Shown: one piece after another, positions 28,727 through 38,877 of the stretch
Position numbering within the stretch: the first letter of the stretch is position 1
Layout of the letters: every line of letters starts with the position of its first letter
Source: Nitrosopumilaceae archaeon
GTDB taxonomy: Archaea; Thermoproteota; Nitrososphaeria; Nitrososphaerales; Nitrosopumilaceae
Assembly (NCBI GenBank): GCA_965203465.1
Contig: CBDBCR010000001.1
Coordinates: forward strand, 800,001 to 864,000
Direction of reading: 5' to 3'
Length of the DNA: 64,000 nucleotides
Program-made: the position numbers and the translations under genes
The notes under the pieces: model-generated
Told to the model about the DNA's origin: nothing
Seen by the model: only the letters and a program-made list of their open reading frames with translations
The model's database searches: none

Positions 28727-29347
28727 GTGGCGGACTTTTTCGAGGCGTTCGGCGAGCTCTCGTACGCGGGGATATTCGCTGCCCTGCTGGCGGTCAACGC
28801 CGCGCCGGTGCTCATGCCGCCCTCGTGGATAATCCTGGCCACCTTCTGGGCGCTGGACCCGTCGCTCGAGCCGCTGCAGCTTGCGCTGGTCGGCGCCACG
28901 GCGGCCACGCTGGGCCGCGCCATCCTGAAGCAGGCCGGCTCCCGGATGGGCAGGCTGGTCGGCGAGGAGCAGCGCGGCAACATGGGGGCGGTGGGCAGGT
29001 ACCTGGAGGGCAAGAGGTACGGCTACGCGCTCGCCTCGTTCCTTTTCGCGGCAACGCCCCTGCCGAGCAACATGCTGTTCATCGCCTACGGTCTCATGCG
29101 GGCGCGCAGCGCGGGGCTGTACCTGGGGTTCTGGGCCGGGCGCGCCGTATCCTACTACGCGATGATCTCGGTCAGCGAGGTGGTCCTGGCCCCGTTCGTC
29201 GAGCTCTTCGAGGACAGGTACGCGGGGATACTGGTAGCAGACGCGGCGGGCATCGCCGTCATATTCCTGTTCATGTCCGTCGACTGGAGGGCGCTCGTGG
29301 TGGAGCGGCGCCTGCGCTTTTCGCGGCCGCGGCTCTGGCGGCGCTGA
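28727..29347 (+). CDS. DedA/VTT-like membrane protein
   Basis: Multiple TM segments, PPSW and TPLPSN..F..YG. Confidence 0.7.
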   Translation: MADFFEAFGELSYAGIFAALLAVNAAPVLMPPSWIILATFWALDPSLEPLQLALVGATAATLGRAILKQAGSRMGRLVGEEQRGNMGAVGRYLEGKRYGYALASFLFAATPLPSNMLFIAYGLMRARSAGLYLGFWAGRAVSYYAMISVSEVVLAPFVELFEDRYAGILVADAAGIAVIFLFMSVDWRALVVERRLRFSRPRLWRR

Positions 29348-29659
29348 CTAGCCGTAGTCGACGTACCTGCGGTGCCTCTTTTCGATCTCGGGGTTTTGCC
29401 CGTCCAGGATCCGCCTGCGCTCCCGAGCCCTCCTGGCGCCGACGTAGCGGGCGATGTCCGCGTACGGCCCGGAGCCCGGAAGAGAATCGAAGAGGGGCGC
29501 CATCATGTCGAAGAATTCCGCGGACTTTTGCCTGAACTCCTCGGCGCTCGGATCCCGCCTGCCGCCCATGCGGAACCAGGCCGAGGCCCAGCTTGCCCCG
29601 GCCACGTGCGGCAGCAGGTCGAAGGCGCGGGCGATCTCGAACCTGTCGTCGTCCCTCAC
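29348..29659 (-). CDS. Hypothetical protein, probably conserved
   Basis: GTG overlaps the hemB stop. RAFDLLPHV..SWA..WFR...IEKR..RYVDYG. Confidence 0.7.
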   Translation of the reverse strand: MRDDDRFEIARAFDLLPHVAGASWASAWFRMGGRRDPSAEEFRQKSAEFFDMMAPLFDSLPGSGPYADIARYVGARRARERRRILDGQNPEIEKRHRRYVDYG

Positions 29660-30636
29660 CGCCCCTCGCCCAGCAGGGCGGCGGCCCTCTCCGCGAAATA
29701 CGTCACGATGATGTCCGCCCCGGCCCTCTTTATGGAGCCGAGCACCTCGAGGGCCGCAGCGTCGGCGTCCAGCCAGCCCATCCTGGCGGCGGCCGAGACC
29801 ATGGCGTACTCGCCCGAGACGCTGTAGGCCGCCACCGGCACGCCGAACCTCTCCTTGGCCCTGTATATCAGGTCCAGGTACGCGAGGGCCGGCTTTACCA
29901 TCACCACGTCGACGCCCTCCTCGACGTCGGCGGCCATCTCGGCCATGGCCTCCCTGGCGTTGGTGTACGGAACCTGGTAGGTCTTCCTGTCCCCGAAGCG
30001 CGGGGCGCACTCGGCCGCGTCGCGGAAGGGCGAGTACATCGACGAGCCGTGCTTTGCAGAGTGCGACATTACGGCCGTATCGTGCATGCCTGCCCCGTCG
30101 AGGGCCGAGCGTATGGCCAGGACCTGCCCGTCCATCATGGCAGACGGGCAGACCACGTCGGCGCCGGCCTCGGCGTGGCTGACGGCCGTCTTTGCCAGAA
30201 TTTCGTTGCTCTCGTCGTTGAGTATGTTGCCGTCCCTCGCCAGGCCGCAGTGGCCCGACAGGGTGTACTGGCAGAGGCACACGTCGGTCATCACGGCCAG
30301 CCCGTCGCCGAGCTCGCCCTTGACGGCGCGCACCGCCTCCTGCACGACGCCGCCGCGCGCGTGCGCCTGCGATCCCGAATCGTCCTTCGAGGAGGGCAGG
30401 CCGAACAGCATTACTCCTTTCAGGCCGGCCTCCGACAGCCTGCGCGCCTCGCGCGCGGCCATCGGCGGCGGCATCCTGCGCACGCCCGGCATCGATTCTA
30501 CCTCGATCGGCTCGGAGGCGCCCTCGTCTACGAAGAGGGGGGCCACCAGGTCGCCGGCGGACAGGCGCGTCTCCCTGGCGATGTCGCGCAGGGCCGCGCT
30601 CCTGCGCAGGCGGCGGGCCCTGTAGGCGGGGAACAC
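29656..30636 (-). CDS. hemB: Porphobilinogen synthase
   Basis: RRLRR, DVCLCQYTLSGHCG, PSAMMDG, MVKPA and AYSVSGEY. Confidence 0.95.
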   Translation of the reverse strand: MFPAYRARRLRRSAALRDIARETRLSAGDLVAPLFVDEGASEPIEVESMPGVRRMPPPMAAREARRLSEAGLKGVMLFGLPSSKDDSGSQAHARGGVVQEAVRAVKGELGDGLAVMTDVCLCQYTLSGHCGLARDGNILNDESNEILAKTAVSHAEAGADVVCPSAMMDGQVLAIRSALDGAGMHDTAVMSHSAKHGSSMYSPFRDAAECAPRFGDRKTYQVPYTNAREAMAEMAADVEEGVDVVMVKPALAYLDLIYRAKERFGVPVAAYSVSGEYAMVSAAARMGWLDADAAALEVLGSIKRAGADIIVTYFAERAAALLGEGR

Positions 30637-30668
30637 GCGCGCTGCGCGCCGGCCCCCGCAAATTAAAC

Positions 30669-32345
30669 CTAGGCTGCGCGCCCGAGCGCGTCGTGGTAGG
30701 CCCTCGGCACCATGTCCCTCGCGCGCGAGAGCACCTGGTGGACGGCCGCGTCGAGCACGTACGTGCGCGCCCAGTCGCCCTCGCCCCTGACAGATCTTCC
30801 CATGCCCTGCAGCAGCTTTGTCAGAGTCTGCGAGCTGTACCACAGGGGGAACCTGCGCATCTTGACGGCCACGCGCCTCTCGGCCAGGCTCGGGTACGGC
30901 ACCTTGGCTATTATCTGGAAGCGCGACAGGTCGTCCTTCAGGTCCACCCCCTCCCACAGCGACGAGGAGAGCAGCACGCTGCCCGGCGTGCCGGCGTGCT
31001 CGTCTATCACCTGGTCCTGCGTGCGCCCGTCGGGGTTCCTGCTGTGGCACATGCGCACCCTCTCGGCGTTCTCCGGCGAGAGGCCCTCGAGTATCTGCCT
31101 GCACCACGATATGGACGAGGTGAGCACGAGCCCGCGCTCCCCGGCGTGCTCGGACATTATGCGGTCCACCGCGGCGATCACCGCGGCCCTGTCCTGCTCG
31201 CTGGAGCGGCTGCTCAGGCTGCGCACGTCGGCGAACCTCACCTCGCGCGCCTCTAGCGGGAACGGCGAGCGGGGGGCGTCCACCACGGCCACCTCGTCGG
31301 CCGGTATGCCGGTGTTTTCGCAAAAGCTGCGCCTGTCTATGGTGGCCGACATGAACAGCTGGCGGGGCGTTATCAGGAACTGGCCGACGTACTTTGAAAT
31401 GTCGACCGGCTTTGCCGAGACGGACTTGAACTTGCCGTCGGGCCAAGTCTCGGCCCTGCCGACCACGAAGTTGGACGGATCCCACCCGATGTCCTTTATG
31501 GCCGCCGAGATCCTCTCCACGCGCGAGCCCATCTTGTACACGCGCTCCTCGGCCGCAGCGTCGCCCGGCTCGGCGCGCTCCTCTGCCTCCTTCAGCTTGG
31601 CCTTGTAGTGGGATTCCATCTTTTCGAGCACGCCGAGCAGCACCCCGACGTCGTCCGAATCGTAGCCCTCCATGTTCACGCCGCACTCGGCGGCGGGCCC
31701 CGCGTACACGTCGACGCCGACGAACTGCACTATCTGGTCTTCGAGCTTGTGCGCCTCGTCGAACACCGAGACGCTGCGGTTGAGGTGCTCGGCGAATGCG
31801 CGGCGGTTGTACTTTACTATCTGAAAGTAGGACGCGTAGTTCCACAGCGAGTGCTCGCCGACCAGGGCCGCGTACTTTTGCGCGTAGTAGGGGCACCACT
31901 CGCCGGCCGCGCGCGACCTGATCTGCGCTATGGTGGGCTTGAACCTGCAGGGGCGCTGCTTGGTGCCCGACTCGTCCTGGACGGTCTCGATGCACGAGCC
32001 CTTGTCGCAGGTCAGCCCCGACTTCATGGCCCGCCCCTCGGCGCTGACCCCCTCGATCTTCATCAGTTTCGGGCAGGCGAAGTTGGCCTTGCCCTTTACG
32101 GGCAGCATAAAGTCCAGGTCGCGCCGGTACTGGTCCTGCAGGTGCTTCGAGGCGGTCACCACGAACGAGTCCTCGAAGTTGCGCACGAAGGCAGCCGCGA
32201 TCAGCGACTTGCCGATGCCGGTGGGCGCCGACAGTATTATCCTCTTGTAGCCGGACTGGAGCCTCTGGTCTATCTCGGCCATGAGGCTCTTTTGCATCCG
32301 GCGGGGCTCGTATCCGGCCGGAAAGTGCTCCAGTATGCCGGGCAA
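30669..32345 (-). CDS. DinG/XPD-like SF2 helicase
   Basis: APTGIGKS, Fe-S cysteines, DEAH, EGVD and QGMGRSVR. Confidence 0.88.
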   Translation of the reverse strand: MPGILEHFPAGYEPRRMQKSLMAEIDQRLQSGYKRIILSAPTGIGKSLIAAAFVRNFEDSFVVTASKHLQDQYRRDLDFMLPVKGKANFACPKLMKIEGVSAEGRAMKSGLTCDKGSCIETVQDESGTKQRPCRFKPTIAQIRSRAAGEWCPYYAQKYAALVGEHSLWNYASYFQIVKYNRRAFAEHLNRSVSVFDEAHKLEDQIVQFVGVDVYAGPAAECGVNMEGYDSDDVGVLLGVLEKMESHYKAKLKEAEERAEPGDAAAEERVYKMGSRVERISAAIKDIGWDPSNFVVGRAETWPDGKFKSVSAKPVDISKYVGQFLITPRQLFMSATIDRRSFCENTGIPADEVAVVDAPRSPFPLEAREVRFADVRSLSSRSSEQDRAAVIAAVDRIMSEHAGERGLVLTSSISWCRQILEGLSPENAERVRMCHSRNPDGRTQDQVIDEHAGTPGSVLLSSSLWEGVDLKDDLSRFQIIAKVPYPSLAERRVAVKMRRFPLWYSSQTLTKLLQGMGRSVRGEGDWARTYVLDAAVHQVLSRARDMVPRAYHDALGRAA

Positions 32346-32420
32346 CGGCGCGCCTGCCCGCAGGCGAGCTTAAGTTTCTTTGCGGTACGTTAATTTGCCG
32401 GCTCCCGGGCGGGGCCGGCG

Positions 32421-32552
32421 TTGAAGGCGAGATTCGCGGGCCAGTGCAGCGAGTGCGGCGAGCCCATAAAGGCCGGCAGGGAAATATCCAAAAACTCGGC
32501 CGGCAAGTGGGTCCACCAGGCCTGCTCGGACGTCGAGGAAGAGATCCCCTAG
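32421..32552 (+). CDS. Small CxxC...HxxC zinc-finger protein (43 aa, not in the ORF track)
   Basis: TTG start after TTAATTT. MKARFAGQCSECGEPIKAGREISKNSAGKWVHQACSDVEEEIP. Confidence 0.7.
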   Translation: MKARFAGQCSECGEPIKAGREISKNSAGKWVHQACSDVEEEIP

Positions 32553-33340
32553 ACGGGGCGCCCGCAGTGGGGGCACGACCTGCCGCCGGGCCGCTTGCGG
32601 CGCAGCTCCTCTATGAAGGCCGAGGCCATGATGCCGGTCGGTATGGCGTACACGGCGATGCCCGTCACCGAGACGGCGCCGGCCACCACGCGGCCCAGCG
32701 CGGTCACCGGGTAGGTGTCCCCGTACCCTATGGTGGTCAGCGTGATGACGCCCCACCACATGGACGCGGGTATGCTCGAAAAGACGTCCGGCTGCGCCTC
32801 GTGCTCGGCGAAATACATCAGGCTCGACGAAAATATCAGGGCTATGAACAGTATGAAGAACGCCACCGACAGGTCGGCGGCCTTTGCGCGGAAGACGTCG
32901 CCGAGCATCTGCATCGACTCCGAATAGCGGCCCATCTTGAAGAGGCGGAACATCCGCAGCAGCCGCAGCATCCGCATGAACCGCGTGTCGGCGACCACGA
33001 ACGGCAGGAAGAACGGCAGTATGGCCGCAAGGTCGACTAGCATCATGGGCGAGAGCGCGAAGCGCAGGGCCCGCCAGCGCTGCCCGCCGTCGGGGCCCAT
33101 CTTGCACGTGGCCAGGCGGGCCCCGTACTCTGCCGTAAAGACGATTATGGAGAACACCTCGAAGGGCGTGAACAGGTACCCGTACTCGTCGAGCACCGAC
33201 TCCTCGGTCTCTATGACCACGACCATCACGTTGACGGCTATGAGCGAGACGATGAAGATCTGAAAGACCCTGGCGGGCAGGTACTCGCGCGGGCCCTCCA
33301 TCACACGGTAGACCTTCTCGAGCGGGCCCACTAGAGCCAC
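32549..33340 (-). CDS. Voltage-gated potassium channel
   Basis: S4 RFMRMLRLLRMFRLFK and pore TLTTIGYGD. Confidence 0.92.
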   Translation of the reverse strand: MALVGPLEKVYRVMEGPREYLPARVFQIFIVSLIAVNVMVVVIETEESVLDEYGYLFTPFEVFSIIVFTAEYGARLATCKMGPDGGQRWRALRFALSPMMLVDLAAILPFFLPFVVADTRFMRMLRLLRMFRLFKMGRYSESMQMLGDVFRAKAADLSVAFFILFIALIFSSSLMYFAEHEAQPDVFSSIPASMWWGVITLTTIGYGDTYPVTALGRVVAGAVSVTGIAVYAIPTGIMASAFIEELRRKRPGGRSCPHCGRPV

Positions 33341-34962
33341 CCCCTGCTCCGAAACCAGGCGAGCATGGCCGCGGCAAGCGCCCCCATCGTGGCGAGCATG
33401 GCGAAATACCCGCCCTCCCAGCGCAGCTCGGGTATGTACGTGAAGTTGGTGCCGTAGATGCCGGCGATGAACGTGATGGGTATGAAGATGCTCGCTATCA
33501 CCGTGAGCGTCTTCATCACCTCGTTCATCTTGTTGCTCACGCTCGACAGGTACGTGTCCAGCATGCCGCCCACCACGTCGCGCAGCGATTCCAGGTTGTC
33601 CATGACCTGGACGGTGTGGCTGTACACGTCGCGCAGGTACTTTTTGGTCTCGTCCGAGACCAGCTCCGACGAGGTGCGCTCGAAGGCGCCGATCTCCTCG
33701 CGCAGCGGGCGCACGGTCTTGCGCATCAGTATCAGCTGCCTCTTGAGCGCGTATATGGTCTGCAGGGTCGACGGGCTCGGCCTGTCCATGAGCTCCTCCT
33801 CGAGGCGCTCGGTGCGCTCGCCTATCTTTTCGAGCACGGCGAAGCAGTTGTCCACGAGCGCGTCGACGAGCAGGTACGCGAGGTAGTCGCCGCCCATGCG
33901 GCGCACCTCGGCGCCGCCCTCCTCTATCCGGTCGCGTATGCGGCCGAAGACGTCCTCTGGCACCTCCTGGAACGAGACCACGCGGCCCGGGCCGAGCACC
34001 AGGCTGACCTGCTCGACGGACAGCTCGCCGCCCTCCAGGTGCGGCATCTTTAGGATCGCGAAGACGTAGCCGTCAGAGGACTCGATGCGCGGGCGCAGGT
34101 CAGTGTTCATGATGTCGGCCCGCACCAGCTTGTGGAGGCCGAGCATGCCGCCGAACTCTTCTATGACGGCCGCGTCGTGTATGCCCACCACGTTCGTCCA
34201 CGAGACGCCGCCGCCGCGCGGCGCGCAGTCCGACGGCGAGGCCGCCTCCCTCCTGCTGAAGTGACCCTCGCCGTACTCTATGACCTCGAACGCGACGTTC
34301 TCGACCTTGCGCCTGCCCACGTGGACCATCTCGCCGGGGCTCATGCCGACGGTGTCTGCCACCGTGGTGCGCGCGCGGCCCCGCCGCAGGCCCGCGGCGA
34401 TGTCGGACAGGCCCACGTTGCGGGTCATCTCGCGCACCCTGCCTGTCCTGCTGCCCACGCCCACGATGATGAACCCGGCGGCCACCGAGAACAGAAGGCT
34501 GGCGGCCAGCGGCTCAAAGTCGCCGGACAGCGCCGCCTGGTAGGCAGACTGCACGTCCTGGCCGCCCCCGTAGAACGCGCCCACCGCCAGGTCTAGCAGA
34601 AAGAAGAGCAGCGAGATTATGGCCCCGGTCACCACGGCCGTGACGGCCGTTATCCTGGACGGTATGTCCAGGTCCGGCTCGCCCCTGTACGGCGAGATGT
34701 ACCTTTTGAAGCGCAGTATCAGCATGGCGACGGACGTGATTATCATGGTCGACGCTATCCACCACGCTATGAGCAGGTAGCCGGTGCCGGTCTCTATCTC
34801 CTTTATGCCGACCAGCAGGTCCCCGATGTCGCCGGTCAGGGGCAGCGAGATGAGCGAGGTGGCGAGGCCGACTATCGACTGGTACGCCGCCGCGAAGACG
34901 AACCCGACGGTGAGCCGGTTGGCCACCACGCCCACGCGCGAGAGGCCGGCGCGCCCCGACAA
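33331..34962 (-). CDS. corA: CorA-family Mg/Co transporter with an extra N-terminal TM domain
   Basis: MNEVMKTLT..FIP.TFIAGIYGTNF..PEL.W. About 180 additional hydrophobic residues at the N-terminus. Confidence 0.88.
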   Translation of the reverse strand: MSGRAGLSRVGVVANRLTVGFVFAAAYQSIVGLATSLISLPLTGDIGDLLVGIKEIETGTGYLLIAWWIASTMIITSVAMLILRFKRYISPYRGEPDLDIPSRITAVTAVVTGAIISLLFFLLDLAVGAFYGGGQDVQSAYQAALSGDFEPLAASLLFSVAAGFIIVGVGSRTGRVREMTRNVGLSDIAAGLRRGRARTTVADTVGMSPGEMVHVGRRKVENVAFEVIEYGEGHFSRREAASPSDCAPRGGGVSWTNVVGIHDAAVIEEFGGMLGLHKLVRADIMNTDLRPRIESSDGYVFAILKMPHLEGGELSVEQVSLVLGPGRVVSFQEVPEDVFGRIRDRIEEGGAEVRRMGGDYLAYLLVDALVDNCFAVLEKIGERTERLEEELMDRPSPSTLQTIYALKRQLILMRKTVRPLREEIGAFERTSSELVSDETKKYLRDVYSHTVQVMDNLESLRDVVGGMLDTYLSSVSNKMNEVMKTLTVIASIFIPITFIAGIYGTNFTYIPELRWEGGYFAMLATMGALAAAMLAWFRSRGWL

Positions 34963-34963
34963 T

Positions 34964-35482
34964 CTAGATCCTGTCCAGCAGGTCTTTCTTCTTTTCCCGG
35001 AACTCTTTTGCCGTGATCACGCCCGACTTTTGGAGCTCGCCAAGCTTTGCGAGCAGGTCGGCGTTCTTTTGCGAGACGGTCATGCGCCGCGCCGTCTTTA
35101 TGCCCCCCGATATGCCGGCCTGCGTCTCGGACACGAGCTGCCCGCCCACCTTGGAGCCGGCGCGCGCGGCGGCCTGCCCCAGATCCGACGTGGCCTGCGT
35201 GGCCGCGGACGCGTACTCTGAGACCATCCTGCTCAGGGCGCCGGCGTTGGTCGAGAGCCGCTCGAGTATGTCGTCCCTGTGCCTGGCCAGGCCCGGCGGG
35301 GGCTGCATGCGCTCGAGCACCTTCTCTGCCGGCGTGCCGCGGAAGCGCCTGCCGTACTCTTTGGCTATCATCTCGGGGAACCGGCGCGACTCTTCGATGC
35401 CCAGATAGTACCCGGCCAGATCCTCGTCCGAGAGCGAGCGGAGGTACTCGCGGAAACTGGACGCGGGCCTGAACGCTGCCAT
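34964..35482 (-). CDS. SHOCT-domain protein
   Basis: C-terminal LAKLGELQKSGVITAKEFREKKKDLL. Confidence 0.75.
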   Translation of the reverse strand: MAAFRPASSFREYLRSLSDEDLAGYYLGIEESRRFPEMIAKEYGRRFRGTPAEKVLERMQPPPGLARHRDDILERLSTNAGALSRMVSEYASAATQATSDLGQAAARAGSKVGGQLVSETQAGISGGIKTARRMTVSQKNADLLAKLGELQKSGVITAKEFREKKKDLLDRI

Positions 35483-35513
35483 GGGGCGCGCCCGCGCGGG
35501 CTCCTTTTAAAAT

Positions 35514-35924
35514 CTAGCCCTTTATCCGCATTACCTTGGTGCGGTCCATGACGCGCCAGTACTCTACGTTCTGCCCGTTTTCCAGCTTGCCCCGGGCCTC
35601 GTCGTCTACCTGCGTGACGTCTATGGTCTCGAAGGTCTCCGAGTCCATCAGCTGCACCACGTCGCCGGTCATGGATATCACCTGGCCGGTCCTCTTGTCT
35701 ATGAGGGGCACGTGCACCTGCATGCTGACCGGCCCCACGTGCGGGCGCTTTTGGCCGTCGAAGACCCCGACGCCGACTATGCGCGCCTTTGCGGCGCCGT
35801 GCTTGCCCGGCTTCGAGGTCTCGTATTCGGATATGCGGCAGGGCTCGCCGGTCGCCTGGTCGCCGACCGGCAAGAGTATGTACGAGCCCACCTTGAGGCC
35901 CCCCAGGTCCATGGGCTTGCTCAC
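35514..35924 (-). CDS. eif5a: Translation factor aIF5A
   Basis: Hypusine motif SKPGKHGAAK. Confidence 0.95.
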   Translation of the reverse strand: MSKPMDLGGLKVGSYILLPVGDQATGEPCRISEYETSKPGKHGAAKARIVGVGVFDGQKRPHVGPVSMQVHVPLIDKRTGQVISMTGDVVQLMDSETFETIDVTQVDDEARGKLENGQNVEYWRVMDRTKVMRIKG

Positions 35925-35957
35925 GGGGCCGGCGGCCGGCGGCGAATATTTAACCGT

Positions 35958-36539
35958 TCACTTGAGCTTTTCCAGTATCGACAGGCCGACAAGGCCTGTC
36001 AGCGAGTACCCCCTGCGGGCGATGTCCGAGCGCGTCTTTTCGCAGTACTTGTTGACGCTCTGGTGGCCCTTTTGGCTTACCACCTCGAGCACCACGATGC
36101 TGCCGCTGTACGGGAAGCGGAACTTTGGCGGCTCGGCCCCGTACGTCTCCATGCTGCCCACGCCGGCGCGCGATATGTTCTCGCGCTTGGCGACGATGTC
36201 GGCGATCTCGGCCATGTCGTCGTCCTCGCCGTACTCCAGATAGTACGCCGAGACGAAGCTGGTGCCGCCGTCCACCTCCCGCTCGAACAGATCCTCCACC
36301 TCGAAGACGAACGCGTCGGCCGGCTGCCGGCGCGCAGAGACCTGGCCGGCGGCCTCGGCGCTGTCGGCCACCCGGGCGAGCAGGTAGTGGTTGGACTGCC
36401 TAAAGTACGGCTTTGCGCCCTGCGCGAACGTGGCGGTGGCAAAATGCACAGAGTCCACGTTGCCCGATGCCCCCCACTCTTCCTTGAGGCCTATGGAGTC
36501 GTGGGTGTGGTTGTACGGGTAGCACGCGTATCCGGGCAC
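35958..36539 (-). CDS. Hypothetical protein, probably conserved
   Basis: 193-aa ORF with host-like codon use. TTAAATA box upstream. Confidence 0.7.
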   Translation of the reverse strand: MPGYACYPYNHTHDSIGLKEEWGASGNVDSVHFATATFAQGAKPYFRQSNHYLLARVADSAEAAGQVSARRQPADAFVFEVEDLFEREVDGGTSFVSAYYLEYGEDDDMAEIADIVAKRENISRAGVGSMETYGAEPPKFRFPYSGSIVVLEVVSQKGHQSVNKYCEKTRSDIARRGYSLTGLVGLSILEKLK

Positions 36540-36618
36540 GGCCGGCCCGCCGGCTGCGCGTATTTAACGCTTGGTCGGCCGATAGTTATTTAACGGATCG
36601 GGGGCCGGCGGTGCCCGT

Positions 36619-36738
36619 CCCAAGCTAGCTCAGCCTGGTAGAGCTTCCGGCTGTAGTCGTCGGCCCTGGCTGACAGAAGAACAGCCCGACCAGGCAACAG
36701 AAACCGGGTTGTCGAAGGTTCAAATCCTTCGCTTGGGA
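36619..36738 (+). tRNA. tRNA-Tyr(GTA) with a 46-nt intron (36657-36702)
   Basis: C1-G72 acceptor CCCAAGC/GCTTGGGA, TCCGG-CTGTAG[intron]A-CCGGG and GGTTCAAATCC. Confidence 0.9.
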
Positions 36739-36740
36739 CG

Positions 36741-37052
36741 CTAAAAGTCCCTCGGTATGTGGTTGTTGGCCTTTAGCCACTCGACCTGCGGCAGGGTGAA
36801 CCTCCAGACGATGTCGCCGCGCGCGTCGCTGTTAAAGTCCCACGGGGCGATGACTACTATGTCGTTGTCGCGTATCCAGACGCGCCGCTTTAGCTTGCCG
36901 CGTATGCGCCCGCGCCGCGTGATGCCGTCCATGCACTTTATCATGACGTTCTCGCCGCCGAGCATCTTTAGGACTCGCCCGAACAGCTCGCCCTCGGCCG
37001 GGAGGCGTATCTGCTTCAGCGCGCTCTCGTTCTTTACCTGACGCTTGCCCAC
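36741..37052 (-). CDS. eif1a: Translation initiation factor aIF1A
   Basis: RGKLKRRVWIR..D.V...PWDF...GDI.WR. Confidence 0.95.
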   Translation of the reverse strand: MGKRQVKNESALKQIRLPAEGELFGRVLKMLGGENVMIKCMDGITRRGRIRGKLKRRVWIRDNDIVVIAPWDFNSDARGDIVWRFTLPQVEWLKANNHIPRDF

Positions 37053-37102
37053 GCGCGGGAGGCGGCCGGCTCACAATATAAGCCATGCAAACCCGGGCCC
37101 GC

Positions 37103-38134
37103 CTACGGGTTTATGACCGCGCGCCCCACTATCCTGCCCGCCTTCAGGTCCGAAAGCGCCTCGTTGGCGCCGTCCAGCCCGTACTTTTTGGAGACGACCG
37201 GCTTTACCGTCCCCTTTCTTGCAAGCTCGACCAGCTCTTCCAGCGCGCCGAACGTCCCAGTGTAGGCGCCCTCTATCGTCATGGCCTTGAGCGGGACCGT
37301 CACGAGGGGCAGGTCCACCGAGCCTCCGAACAGGCCCACCATGACGAGGCGGCCGCGCTTGCGCAGGACCGAAAGAGCCAGCTTTGCTGTGGCCGGCGCG
37401 TTGACAAAGTCGACGACCGCGTCGGCCGCGCCTATCTGGCCGGCGGCGTCCTGCGATTTCGAGTTGACGGCGCGGTCGGCGCCCATCTTCTTGGCCGCGT
37501 CGAGTTTGGCGTCGTCGATGTCGACGCAGACCAGCTCCGCGCCGGTCACGGCGCGGGCCAGCTGCACGCCCATGAGGCCCAGCCCGCCGGCGCCGATTAC
37601 TGCGAGCGAGCGCGGCGAGCCCGACGCGGCCTTTTTGACGGCAGTGTAGGCGGTCAGGCCGGAGCATGCCAGCGAGGCGGCCCCGTCGCTCTCGAGGCCC
37701 GAGGCGCTCGCCAAATACCTGTAGCTTGGCACCAGCACGTACTCTGCGTACCCGCCGTCCCTGAATATGCCGAGCGAGCCGGGCGTGTCGCACAGGTTCT
37801 CCGAGCCGCCCGAGCAGGCCGGGCAGCTGCCGCAGCCGCCCCACGGGTACACCAGCACCTCGTCTCCCTCGGCGAAGCCGACCGCGCCGGGGCCGGCCTC
37901 GTGGACGGTGCCGACTATCTCGTGGCCCGGCGTGACGGGGTACTTTACGCCGCGGTCGGTCACCTTCATGAAGCCGTCGCCCAGATCGTAGCCGCCCTCC
38001 CACAGGTGCAGGTCGCTGTGGCAGACGCCGGCCGAGCGCACGCGCACGAGCACCTGCTCGCCGGTCGGGCGGGGCGCGTCGGTCTCGGACACCTCGAGCG
38101 GCGCGTTGGGCGCGGTGATCCTGGCGGAGCGCAT
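37103..38134 (-). CDS. Zn-dependent alcohol dehydrogenase
   Basis: GVCHSD, GHE, CGSCPAC..C and GAGGLG. Confidence 0.92.
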   Translation of the reverse strand: MRSARITAPNAPLEVSETDAPRPTGEQVLVRVRSAGVCHSDLHLWEGGYDLGDGFMKVTDRGVKYPVTPGHEIVGTVHEAGPGAVGFAEGDEVLVYPWGGCGSCPACSGGSENLCDTPGSLGIFRDGGYAEYVLVPSYRYLASASGLESDGAASLACSGLTAYTAVKKAASGSPRSLAVIGAGGLGLMGVQLARAVTGAELVCVDIDDAKLDAAKKMGADRAVNSKSQDAAGQIGAADAVVDFVNAPATAKLALSVLRKRGRLVMVGLFGGSVDLPLVTVPLKAMTIEGAYTGTFGALEELVELARKGTVKPVVSKKYGLDGANEALSDLKAGRIVGRAVINP

Positions 38135-38222
38135 GGGCCAAGACCCCGGCGGTTATCATATAAGTCGAACGGCGCGTTTTCCGGCACAGGATTTAATTAT
38201 GGTCTTGCCGGGGCGCGCGCGC

Positions 38223-38876
38223 ATGTATAGCGGCGAGCTCGAAGTCCAGGCCAAGCGAAAGGCCGTCGCGGTGCTGCAGGACGAGATAAACCGCATACTC
38301 AACGCGGCGCGCGAGCTTGCCGCGATACCGGGGCTGGTGATGGCGCGCGACAAGGCGGGCGTAAAGTCGTGCCTCGAGCAGATATCGTCCATCGAGGAGG
38401 AGGTAGAGAGCCTGCGGCGCAAGATAACGCGCGAGGTCGCCGAGGTGGGCGGGCTCATAATGAACCGCGAGAACCTGCTCAACACCGCGTACACGATGGA
38501 CGAGATCGCCGGCCACATAACGGGCATCGCCTTCAAGCTCTCCAACGTAAAGCCGGTCACGATAAAGAACTCAAAGATGGACAAGGACCTGAAGGTGCTC
38601 GTAGACCTGGTGGTGGACGAGGTGTACAAGCTCAACGAGATAATACGCAACCTGACGAGCAACTCTGCGGCGGCCATCGAGCTGGCCCAGGAGACGCAGA
38701 AGATAGAGCGCGAGATAGACACAAAGTACAGGCAGGCCACCATAAAGATACTCGGCGGCATAACCAACACCAAGGAGATGATACTGATGAAGGACATCGT
38801 CGAGGGCATAGAGGAGATGGCAGACAAGTGCCAGCGCGTCTCTGATTCTTTCATAATGCTGGCGCTGAGCCTCTGA
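38223..38876 (+). CDS. DUF47/PhoU-like phosphate transport regulator
   Basis: Duplicated helical IEEEVE/IEREID and EEMAD motifs. Confidence 0.8.
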   Translation: MYSGELEVQAKRKAVAVLQDEINRILNAARELAAIPGLVMARDKAGVKSCLEQISSIEEEVESLRRKITREVAEVGGLIMNRENLLNTAYTMDEIAGHITGIAFKLSNVKPVTIKNSKMDKDLKVLVDLVVDEVYKLNEIIRNLTSNSAAAIELAQETQKIEREIDTKYRQATIKILGGITNTKEMILMKDIVEGIEEMADKCQRVSDSFIMLALSL

Positions 38877-38877
38877 C

